In this document: piece after piece, positions 56,586 to 64,000 of the stretch | How the letters are laid out: each line of letters starts with the position of its first letter | Position numbering within the stretch: position 1 is the first letter of the stretch | Notes under the pieces: generated by a model | Databases searched by the model: none | The model's input: the letters and a program-made list of their open reading frames with translations, nothing else | Told to the model about the DNA's origin: nothing | Translations under genes and position numbers: made by a program | Origin: Candidatus Dojkabacteria bacterium | GTDB taxonomy: Bacteria; Patescibacteriota; Dojkabacteria; GCA-002793355 | DNA: 64,000 nt | Direction of reading: 5' to 3' | NCBI GenBank assembly: GCA_030583825.1 | Contig: CP129477.1 | Location: forward strand, 74,259-138,258

Positions 56586-56953
56586 AATGTCTCAGGTGCC
56601 AAATAAGTTATCTTGTCGAATCCATATGTTTTTAATTCTCTTGCAACCGGCCCAAAGATACGAGTTCCCATTGGATCGTTGGTTGTACCGTTTAACAATA
56701 CTACTGCATTGTCGTCGAAGCTAATGTATGTACCGTCATCTCGACGTGTTTCTTTTCGCATTCGTACAATAACGGCACGGTGCAAAGTACCTTTTTTAAC
56801 TGTACCATCAGTTTTTGCCCGTTTTACAGTTACTTTTACAACATCAGCCATTCTAAAAATTCGCTTCTTGGAACCACCATAGTGACCAATAATCTGAACT
56901 TCAATAGCTCCCGAGTTGTCCGCAACTTTTGCTGTAGATTCAAGACGCAACAT
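56582..56953 (-). CDS. rplN: 50S ribosomal protein L14.
   Basis: Sequence and position. Confidence 0.9.
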   Translation of the reverse strand: MLRLESTAKVADNSGAIEVQIIGHYGGSKKRIFRMADVVKVTVKRAKTDGTVKKGTLHRAVIVRMRKETRRDDGTYISFDDNAVVLLNGTTNDPMGTRIFGPVARELKTYGFDKITYLAPETL

Positions 56954-57208
56954 CTATTTTGCAGTAATTTTAGTTTCATCAACAATGCGGTAATATTTCT
57001 TCTTAGAAATTTTTGTTACCGGCACAATATATACTTCTTCTCCAACTTCGTGATTTTGCTCACTATGCGCAAGAAATGACTTCTGGGATGAAACAATCTT
57101 TTTATAGATTGGATGTGCCCATCGTTCGTTAATAGTCACTCTGTATGTATTAACTCCGCTTTTACGTGTTACTACTCCCTTTAATTGTTTTGAGAAATTA
57201 AGAGCCAT
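56954..57208 (-). CDS. rpsQ: 30S ribosomal protein S17.
   Basis: Sequence and position. Confidence 0.85.
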   Translation of the reverse strand: MALNFSKQLKGVVTRKSGVNTYRVTINERWAHPIYKKIVSSQKSFLAHSEQNHEVGEEVYIVPVTKISKKKYYRIVDETKITAK

Positions 57209-57368
57209 TTCTCTCCTGTGATAATTTAGTCTCTAATTTTGCAATCTGTTTTCGTGTTTTCTTTAACTGGGACATATCTTTTAATTTACCCAAAATCTTC
57301 TCTGATTTCAATGTTGTTAGCTTCTTTTTAAGCTCTGTGATCTGTGCATTAATTTCTTTTGTTGCCAT
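57198..57368 (-). CDS. rpmC: 50S ribosomal protein L29 (56 aa).
   Basis: Manual translation gives MATKEINAQITELKKKLTTLKSEKILGKLKDMSQLKKTRKQIAKLETKLSQERNGS. It lies between rplP and rpsQ and is below the ORF-track cutoff. Confidence 0.75.
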   Translation of the reverse strand: MATKEINAQITELKKKLTTLKSEKILGKLKDMSQLKKTRKQIAKLETKLSQERNGS

Positions 57369-57369
57369 A

Positions 57370-57774
57370 CTACTTTACTACAACTTTATTTTTAACTGAC
57401 AATTTGTTTGATGCACGGCGGAACGCTTCTCGGGCGTCTTTTTCATCAAGACCACCAAGCTCAAAGAGAATACGGCCTTTTCGAACTACTGCATCGTATC
57501 CATCAATCGCACCTTTACCGCTACCCATACGAGTCTCGGCTGGATGGCGTGTATGTGGACGATCAGGAAATACTCTCATCCAAATTTTTCCTTTTCTTTT
57601 TACGTAGTTTACGATTGCTTTTCGTGCTGCTTCGAGTTGTGTCGCTGGAATAAGTGAATTCTCCAATGCCATAAGCGCGATACTACCGAAGATAATTTTA
57701 TCGGTAACTGCTCTATTATTCTTTGGCGCGTTTGTAAACGACTTTCTATATTTTACTAATTTCGGTTGTAACAC
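57370..57774 (-). CDS. rplP: 50S ribosomal protein L16.
   Basis: Sequence and position. Confidence 0.9.
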   Translation of the reverse strand: MLQPKLVKYRKSFTNAPKNNRAVTDKIIFGSIALMALENSLIPATQLEAARKAIVNYVKRKGKIWMRVFPDRPHTRHPAETRMGSGKGAIDGYDAVVRKGRILFELGGLDEKDAREAFRRASNKLSVKNKVVVK

Positions 57775-57799
57775 AGCGAATTATATCAAATCTTATCCT

Positions 57800-58435
57800 T
57801 TAATACATCTCTCCACCTCGGTAAATCCAGACCTTAACGCTCAGGATACCTGCCTTTGTTGAATGAGCACGCTCGTAAGCGTAGTCAATCTGAGCACGAA
57901 GAGTTTGCAATGGCACTCGGCCAACTTGTTTTTTATACATGTTTGCATGCTCACCACCAGTCAAACGTCCAGCGACCCAGACACGAATACCTGTAACACC
58001 AGCTTTTGTTGATGTCTCAACAGCTCGCTTTACCAATGACTTTACTGAACGGCGCTTTTCGATACCATCAGCAATCTGCTTTGCAATAACTCGAGCTGAC
58101 ATTTGTGGCTGCTTAATACCTTTAATTTGAAGGTCAATTGCCTTTCCTTTAAACTTCTTCTGAAGATCTTTCTTGGCTTTTTCGATGAGTTTTCCTTCAC
58201 GTCCAATAGCAAGACCAGGTCGTGCAACCATTACCAATACTTCGAGAGAAGTATGTGTTCGGCTAATATTGATTGCTTCAATTTCTGCTTGCTTAAATGT
58301 TTCGTTCACAAATTCACGAATCTTTAAATCTTCGTGCAAGTTCGTTCGAAAATCTTTTTTATTTCCACCAAACCATTTCGATAGCCACTCCAAAGAGACG
58401 CCCATTCGATAGCCTGTTGCATTTATTTTATGACC
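57800..58435 (-). CDS. rpsC: 30S ribosomal protein S3.
   Basis: KH and S3-C domains. The likely start is MGHKINATGYRMGV at 58435; the track start at 58453 adds 6 residues. Confidence 0.9.
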   Translation of the reverse strand, partial: GHKINATGYRMGVSLEWLSKWFGGNKKDFRTNLHEDLKIREFVNETFKQAEIEAINISRTHTSLEVLVMVARPGLAIGREGKLIEKAKKDLQKKFKGKAIDLQIKGIKQPQMSARVIAKQIADGIEKRRSVKSLVKRAVETSTKAGVTGIRVWVAGRLTGGEHANMYKKQVGRVPLQTLRAQIDYAYERAHSTKAGILSVKVWIYRGGEMY

Positions 58436-58766
58436 CATAGGAGAGCTCAACAAACAAGTTAGATCTATATTTTCTAATTACTGTGACTCGTGCTCGTGAT
58501 GCAAAGCGATAACGACGCAATGACTTCATTCCATCTGTTACCCAAATCTTTGACACAACTAATTTGCTTGGATCAAGCTTAAAGTTATGCTCTGCATTTG
58601 CCATTGCTGATTTAACAACTTTACCTGCAAATACTGCACCTTTCTTATCCAAAAGCTTTAATTCGTCTAAAGCGAGTGATGCTTTGTGTCCTTTCACCAC
58701 TTCCACAACGCGTGCAAGCTTTTTTGGTGAAATAGGTATGTTTTTTATGTTAGCACTTACAATCAT
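58428..58766 (-). CDS. rplV: 50S ribosomal protein L22.
   Basis: Sequence and position. Confidence 0.9.
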   Translation of the reverse strand: MIVSANIKNIPISPKKLARVVEVVKGHKASLALDELKLLDKKGAVFAGKVVKSAMANAEHNFKLDPSKLVVSKIWVTDGMKSLRRYRFASRARVTVIRKYRSNLFVELSYGS

Positions 58767-58777
58767 ATCTCGCCGTA

Positions 58778-59095
58778 TTATAATTCATCTTTAAGAAATC
58801 TACCAGAGAAGGCATAAATCTTTGAAATTTTTCCTTTCTTCGCGTGTCCTTTAAACTTGCGAGTCATTGAAAATTCTCCAAGACGATGACCAACCATATC
58901 TTCTGTCACAAAAACAGTAATAAAGTCTTTGCCGTTGTGAACACCAAACTTTATACCAACCATATCAGGAGTAATTGTACAATCGCGTGCCCAAGTTTTA
59001 ATGACCGCATCTGTTTTGCCTTCTGCTCGTGCTTTAAACACCTTCTTCAGAAGCTTTTCATCTATGTATGGGCCTTTTTTGAGTGATCGAGACAT
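58778..59095 (-). CDS. rpsS: 30S ribosomal protein S19.
   Basis: [12 protein letters not shown]... and [23 protein letters not shown]. Confidence 0.9.
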   Translation of the reverse strand: MSRSLKKGPYIDEKLLKKVFKARAEGKTDAVIKTWARDCTITPDMVGIKFGVHNGKDFITVFVTEDMVGHRLGEFSMTRKFKGHAKKGKISKIYAFSGRFLKDEL

Positions 59096-59117
59096 AGTTT
59101 CCTCTGCTTATATTACT

Positions 59118-59948
59118 TTATTTCTTATATCTGCGCTTAACAATAAATTTGTCAGTACGCTTATTATTTCGTGTTCTCTTTCCAATACGGTTACCCCATT
59201 TGTCTGACGCTGGGCCACCTGTACCTGTTCTACCTTCACCACCACCATGTGGGTGATCCTGTGCATGCATTGCGACTCCTCGAACGGTTGGTCTGCGACC
59301 TAATCGGCGGTTAACACCTGCTTTTCCGAGAACTTCGTGCATATGATCTTCATTTGAAACTGTTCCAATTGTTGCCATACAGTTTTCATGAACCAATCGG
59401 ATTTCTCCTGAAGGCAATTTAACCTGTACGTATTTTCGTGTTCGTCCCTGTACTTGTATTTTCATTCCTGCACTTCGTCCTAACTTTCCACCTTGACCTG
59501 GAACCATTTCCACATTGTGGACATATACCCCCGAGGGTATATTTTTAATGAGAGTTGCGTTACCAACTTCAAGTGGGACTTCGTTCTTACTTGCAATAAT
59601 TGTATGCCCAATTTCTAATCCTGAAGGTGCAAGAATAAATGTTTTTGTTCCGTCTTTGTAAGTAATCAATGCAATATTTGCTGTACGGTTTGGATCAAAT
59701 TCGACTGATGTCACCTTTCCTTCGATGTCAAGCTTTGAGCGTCCGAATTCAATAATACGATACTTTCGTTTCATTGCTCCACCTCGGTGGCGAACTGTAA
59801 TTCGTCCTGTATTATTTCGTCCAGTTACCTTTTTCTTTGACGTAATCAATGACTTTGGAGCCAATGTTTTGTCTGGTAATCCAGAACGGTCAATAATAAC
59901 TCGCTGCCTGATTCCCGGTGTTACTGGTGTGTACTTTTTAAGCGCCAT
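59118..59948 (-). CDS. rplB: 50S ribosomal protein L2.
   Basis: The GGGEGRTGTGGP motif region. Confidence 0.9.
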   Translation of the reverse strand: MALKKYTPVTPGIRQRVIIDRSGLPDKTLAPKSLITSKKKVTGRNNTGRITVRHRGGAMKRKYRIIEFGRSKLDIEGKVTSVEFDPNRTANIALITYKDGTKTFILAPSGLEIGHTIIASKNEVPLEVGNATLIKNIPSGVYVHNVEMVPGQGGKLGRSAGMKIQVQGRTRKYVQVKLPSGEIRLVHENCMATIGTVSNEDHMHEVLGKAGVNRRLGRRPTVRGVAMHAQDHPHGGGEGRTGTGGPASDKWGNRIGKRTRNNKRTDKFIVKRRYKK

Positions 59949-59964
59949 ATTCTCTTATTCGACC

Positions 59965-60249
59965 TTATTTATAAATTTCTAATTGCTGTCCCTTGGCAAG
60001 CTGTACATACACTTTCTTGTATGAAGGTGTCTGAAACTTCTTACGGGTTCTCCAATTTACTTTGTTCTTTGCACGTCGAGTCAATGATTTGTATGAAGTA
60101 ACATCTACTCCATAGATTTTCTTAATTGCATCAACAATTTCTGCTTTTGTTGCCTGATCAATAACCGCAAATGTATAAATACCTGTGTTTGCAAGTTTAA
60201 ATGTCTTTTCGGTTTTTACCGGAAGGACTGTGATAAGTTTACTTTTCAT
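59965..60249 (-). CDS. rplW: 50S ribosomal protein L23.
   Basis: Sequence and position. Confidence 0.85.
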   Translation of the reverse strand: MKSKLITVLPVKTEKTFKLANTGIYTFAVIDQATKAEIVDAIKKIYGVDVTSYKSLTRRAKNKVNWRTRKKFQTPSYKKVYVQLAKGQQLEIYK

Positions 60250-60880
60250 TCTTGGTTACACGATCAACTAAGTTCTTGTATGCTGTTTCTGTAATAATAA
60301 ATGCTGCACTGTTAAACATATCTACAGGGCTAAGCATTTCTGCTCTACGAATTTTAACATTTCTTACATTTCTAAAAGAGCCTGCAACATTCACTTCTCC
60401 AACCGGAAGTACAATAACAACCGGACGGTGATGAATCTGCTGCTTTTTCAAAAAGTCGAATGCATCTTTTGTCTTTATTGTGCTATCTGCATCTTTTACA
60501 ACTAAAAAGTTTTCTGCTCGAACTTCTGCATCAATAAAGTACTTCATGACTTTATCTTTCATTTTCTTTGGTACAGAAAGACGTCGTGTGTGTGGTCTTG
60601 GCCCAAATGTAACACCACCGCCAACAAAGATTGGAGAGTTACGGCTACCTGCGCGTGCTCGTCCTGTTCCCTTCTGTTTCCATGGTTTTATATCTGAACC
60701 AGTTACTTCACCTCGGGTTTTTGCTTTCTTTGTCCCCTGGTGCTGATTAGTCTGATAGACTCTCATAACCTGGGTCAACAATTCATCACTTACTGTGACA
60801 TCAAAAAATGTGTGTGCTACAGTTCCTGTCTTTTCACCTTCCAGGTTGTAAACTTGTAAATCTACCTTTGACATTACCAC
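60239..60880 (-). CDS. rplD: 50S ribosomal protein L4.
   Basis: Sequence and position. Confidence 0.9.
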   Translation of the reverse strand: MVMSKVDLQVYNLEGEKTGTVAHTFFDVTVSDELLTQVMRVYQTNQHQGTKKAKTRGEVTGSDIKPWKQKGTGRARAGSRNSPIFVGGGVTFGPRPHTRRLSVPKKMKDKVMKYFIDAEVRAENFLVVKDADSTIKTKDAFDFLKKQQIHHRPVVIVLPVGEVNVAGSFRNVRNVKIRRAEMLSPVDMFNSAAFIITETAYKNLVDRVTKNEK

Positions 60881-61455
60881 GAGATGTTAACTAATGTACC
60901 TTTTGCTCCTGGAACTGATCCCTTAACGAGTAAGTACGATCGTCCATCAATTTCTACTTGCTTTACTACTTTCAAATTTCTTACTTTTACTGTATCGCTT
61001 CCCATACGTCCTGCCATGCGTGTTCCTTTAAGAACTCGTCCAGGATCTGTACCTGCACCAATTGAACCTGGAGCTCGCAGTCTATCTGATTGACCGTGAG
61101 TCTTTGGCCCACCGCCGAATCCGTATCGCTTAACAACTCCTGCAAATCCTTTTCCTTTTGAAATACCTGTAACGGCTACTTTTTCAGGAAGCTCAGTAAT
61201 AACAATCTTGTCTCCGACTTTAACATCCGCAGGAAGTTCTGTAACTTCCATTGCACGAACCGGAGCGAATCCTAATCCTTTATATTGAGACATTTCTGCT
61301 TTTGTTGCTTTCTTTTTCTGTCCCCAGGCAATCACTGATTTCTGTTCGCCAAGTCTTGCAACAACGTTATCTGTGACATCAATAAGAGTTACTGGTGTAG
61401 AAATAACACCAACTTCGACTCGTGTCATTTGTGTTTTCTTTCCAAAAATCTTCAT
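60874..61455 (-). CDS. rplC: 50S ribosomal protein L3.
   Basis: Sequence and position. Confidence 0.9.
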   Translation of the reverse strand: MKIFGKKTQMTRVEVGVISTPVTLIDVTDNVVARLGEQKSVIAWGQKKKATKAEMSQYKGLGFAPVRAMEVTELPADVKVGDKIVITELPEKVAVTGISKGKGFAGVVKRYGFGGGPKTHGQSDRLRAPGSIGAGTDPGRVLKGTRMAGRMGSDTVKVRNLKVVKQVEIDGRSYLLVKGSVPGAKGTLVNISW

Positions 61456-61457
61456 AC

Positions 61458-61772
61458 TTATTTCAATTCAACTGAAACACCTGCTGGAACTTGCAAACCT
61501 TGCAAAAGTTCAATCGTTTGTGGATTTGGATTGACGATCATAATTAATCGTCTGTGTGTCCTCATCTCAAAATGCTCCATAGAGGACTTATATACGTGTG
61601 GTGAACGGTTAACCGCCCACACTTTTTTCTTCACGGGGAGCATGACAGGCCCGACAACCTGTGCTCCGCTCTTTGCTGCCGTGGCGACAATATTTCTAAC
61701 TGTCGTATCAAGAACCTTGATATCGTAGGCAGAGAGTTTTACATTTATTTTTGTTGTAGGTGCGTTTGTCAT
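61458..61772 (-). CDS. rpsJ: 30S ribosomal protein S10.
   Basis: Sequence and position at the head of the S10 operon. Confidence 0.9.
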   Translation of the reverse strand: MTNAPTTKINVKLSAYDIKVLDTTVRNIVATAAKSGAQVVGPVMLPVKKKVWAVNRSPHVYKSSMEHFEMRTHRRLIMIVNPNPQTIELLQGLQVPAGVSVELK

Positions 61773-61796
61773 GCTTCCTCGTGAATGAAATAAGAG

Positions 61797-62963
61797 TTAC
61801 TTAGTGATCTTGGTTACAACTCCGTGTCCAACGGTAATACCACCTTCTCGGACTGCGAATCGCATTCCTTCTTCAAGTACTACTGGAACAATAAGTTTTA
61901 CCTTAATATTTGCGTTATCTCCTGGCATAACCATTTCAACGCCTTCTGCAAGAATAACTTCACCAGTTACGTCTGCAGTCTTCATATAGAACTGTGGTCG
62001 GTAACCACCAACGAATGGTGTGTGTCGTCCACCTTCTTCCTTTTTAAGGACATATACTTCTGCGTCGAATTCGCTATAAGTCTGAACTGATCCTGGCTTT
62101 GCAACAACCATACCTCGCTCAACAGCGTCTCTTTCAACACCTCGAACCAGAATACCGACGTTATCACCTGCGACAACTGAGTCGAGTGACTTTCGGAACA
62201 TTTCCAATCCTGTTGCTGCTGTCTTGAATGGCTTCTTACCAAGTCCAAGAATTTCAACTTCTTCGTTAACTTTAAGAGTTCCTCTTTCAACACGTCCGGT
62301 AACAACTGTACCACGACCTGTGATTGAGAAGACGTCTTCTACTGGCATTAAGAATGGTTTTTCTGTTTCTCGCTCTGGAAGTTCCATATATTCTTCAATA
62401 GTAACGAACATTTCGCGAATCTTTGTCAACCATTCTTCGCTACCCTGTGATCCATTGTATGCGTCAATAACAAATACTGGTGCGTTTCCATCGAATCCAT
62501 TCTTTTTCAAGAGGTCACGAACATCTTCTTCGATAAGTGCAAGAATATCTGCATCTGTTTCTCCGAATTTGTTAATAACAACTGCGAGCTTTGGAACTCC
62601 AACCTGCTTTGCAAGAAGAACGTGCTCACGTGTCTGCGGCATAGGGCCATCAACAGAGCTAACTACGAGTAATGCACCGTCGAGCTGTGCTGCACCGGTG
62701 ATCATGTTCTTAATGTAGTCTTTGTGTCCTGGACAGTCAATCCATGCGTAGTGACGTGTTGGTGATTCGAATTCTACGTGTGCAATGCTAATAGTGATTC
62801 CACGCTGACGTGATTCTGGTGCTTTATCAATCGAATCAGTCTTTGCTTCGAAGTCTGGAGCAAATGCTCGCAACACCGCCTTTGAAAGGGTTGACTTACC
62901 GTGGTCAACGTGACCAAGGGTTCCAATATTAAAGTGCGGCTTTGTTCTATCAAAAGTTGCCAT
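61797..62963 (-). CDS. tuf: Elongation factor Tu.
   Basis: [14 protein letters not shown] and NKFD GTPase motifs. Length is 388 aa. Confidence 0.95.
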   Translation of the reverse strand: MATFDRTKPHFNIGTLGHVDHGKSTLSKAVLRAFAPDFEAKTDSIDKAPESRQRGITISIAHVEFESPTRHYAWIDCPGHKDYIKNMITGAAQLDGALLVVSSVDGPMPQTREHVLLAKQVGVPKLAVVINKFGETDADILALIEEDVRDLLKKNGFDGNAPVFVIDAYNGSQGSEEWLTKIREMFVTIEEYMELPERETEKPFLMPVEDVFSITGRGTVVTGRVERGTLKVNEEVEILGLGKKPFKTAATGLEMFRKSLDSVVAGDNVGILVRGVERDAVERGMVVAKPGSVQTYSEFDAEVYVLKKEEGGRHTPFVGGYRPQFYMKTADVTGEVILAEGVEMVMPGDNANIKVKLIVPVVLEEGMRFAVREGGITVGHGVVTKITK

Positions 62964-63079
62964 GCTAACTTTAAATATAATTTTATATAGTGCTCAAAGA
63001 GCATAATTTCAAAAAACTTCCCAATGATAACAAATATTTTTCGCGAACGCAATAGGTTTTTTGCGTTTTTCGCTATATT

Positions 63080-64000
63080 TTACTTGCTATTTTGAACAAT
63101 CTGCTGGACGATCGAGTTAGGTACCTTCTCATAATGTGAGAATTCAAGGTACGAGCTTCCTCGTCCGGAGGTTGCTGCGCGAAGTTTTGTTGTGAAATCA
63201 AATGTCTCCGAAAGAGGAATGTTTGCAAGAATTACTTGCAACCCTGCACGCTCTGCAGTTCCAACAATCTGAGCTCTCTTACTATTCAATAATCCAGTCA
63301 CTTCACCTAAGTGCTGATCTGGAACCATCACTTCAATTTTCATAACAGGCTCCAAAAGATATGGAATTGCTTTTTCCTGTGCTGTCTTAAATGCCATAGA
63401 TCCTGCAATCTTGAATGCTGATTCTGATGAGTCGACATCGTGATAAGAACCACCGAGCAATGTTACTTTGACATCTACAACAGGATATCCGGCAACTACG
63501 CCCGAAAGCATTGCTTCCTCGATACCTTTTCGAATTGGTGGAATATACTCGTTTGGAACTTCACCACCCTTCACTGCGTTAACAAATTCAAATCCTAGTC
63601 CACGCTCTTGTGGTTCGACTTTAATACGTGCGTGTCCATATTGTCCACGACCACCACTTTGTCGAACAAACTTTTCGTCTGCTTCAACTATGTTTGTCAA
63701 AGATTCGCGGTATGCTACCTTTGGCTCTCCAAGCTTTGCAGAAAGACCCATTGCGCTTTGCATACGCTCTGTCCAAATCTGCAAGTGAAACTGACCCATA
63801 CCCATGATAATAGTTTCTCCTGTTTCTGAATCAACCTTTACTTTAATTGTTGGGTCTTCAACCATAACCTTCTGAAGCACTTCTGACATTTTTTCAGAGT
63901 CAGCCTTTGTCATTGGATAAATAGATGCAGACACAACTGGTTCTGCAAATGAGATATTTTCAAGAATAACCTGTTTGCTCTGATCAGAAAGAGTATCACC
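63080..64000 (-). CDS. fusA: Elongation factor G, partial. This is the C-terminal part; the N-terminus lies beyond the window end.
   Basis: EF-G domains III-V (HLQIWTERM..., GYPVVDVKVTLLGGSYHDVDSSE). The frame stays open through 64000. Confidence 0.9.
   Translation of the reverse strand, partial: GDTLSDQSKQVILENISFAEPVVSASIYPMTKADSEKMSEVLQKVMVEDPTIKVKVDSETGETIIMGMGQFHLQIWTERMQSAMGLSAKLGEPKVAYRESLTNIVEADEKFVRQSGGRGQYGHARIKVEPQERGLGFEFVNAVKGGEVPNEYIPPIRKGIEEAMLSGVVAGYPVVDVKVTLLGGSYHDVDSSESAFKIAGSMAFKTAQEKAIPYLLEPVMKIEVMVPDQHLGEVTGLLNSKRAQIVGTAERAGLQVILANIPLSETFDFTTKLRAATSGRGSSYLEFSHYEKVPNSIVQQIVQNSK

Noticed and set aside
56179-56724. 181-aa ORF (+) antisense to rplX/rplN
   Set aside because: It is antisense to two ribosomal protein genes, has a Phe/Ser-rich low-complexity product and no start context.
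62224-62718. 164-aa ORF (+) antisense to tuf
   Set aside because: It is antisense to EF-Tu. Open antisense frames are common in conserved GC-balanced genes.
1-64000. CRISPR arrays, IS elements or transposases
   Set aside because: No regularly spaced direct repeats and no DDE/IS-family ORFs were seen. The only recombinase is the serine integrase.

Overview
This window reads as a low-GC, CPR/Patescibacteria-like chromosome segment. The ribosomal protein operon at 41.5-64 kb goes straight from rpsE to rplO with no rpmD (L30), and adk/map are absent after secY, where rny sits instead. The S10-spc-alpha ribosomal cluster, tuf and a partial fusA lie on the minus strand. Other housekeeping genes and RNAs present are rnpB (reduced RNase P RNA), queA, def, greA and hup.

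The left ~29 kb looks like an integrated mobile element with ICEBs1-like architecture. A large serine recombinase abuts, and overlaps antisense, an intact tRNA-Pro. Next to it is an ImmR/ImmA-like XRE plus HExxH-peptidase pair. From the divergent promoter, a leftward operon encodes a Gram-positive-type conjugative T4SS:
- a 1383-aa DUF11-repeat adhesin with an LAQTG cell-wall sorting signal and a small transmembrane ORF next to it
- a VirB2-like pilin and a VirB6-like polytopic protein
- a VirB4 ATPase and an M23 peptidoglycan hydrolase
- an HTH_36 replication-initiator-like protein and a VirD4-like coupling ATPase
- a highly structured nested-inverted-repeat candidate oriT and a replication-relaxation-like wHTH protein
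- a dedicated sortase.

Further left is a defense cargo block. It holds small acidic proteins, a C-protein-like XRE, Type III Mod and Res, a GmrSD-like Type IV restriction enzyme fused to a Schlafen/AlbA_2 domain, and a partial HEPN (Ymh)-like gene.

Between the element and the ribosomal region are tRNA-Lys and tRNA-Asn, a methyltransferase + nucleotidyltransferase + wHTH-Nudix-like cassette, two convergent Nudix genes (one frameshifted), def, an MFS transporter and a REC-SHOCT regulator.

No CRISPR array or transposase was seen. The element's second boundary (attR) was not found within the window.
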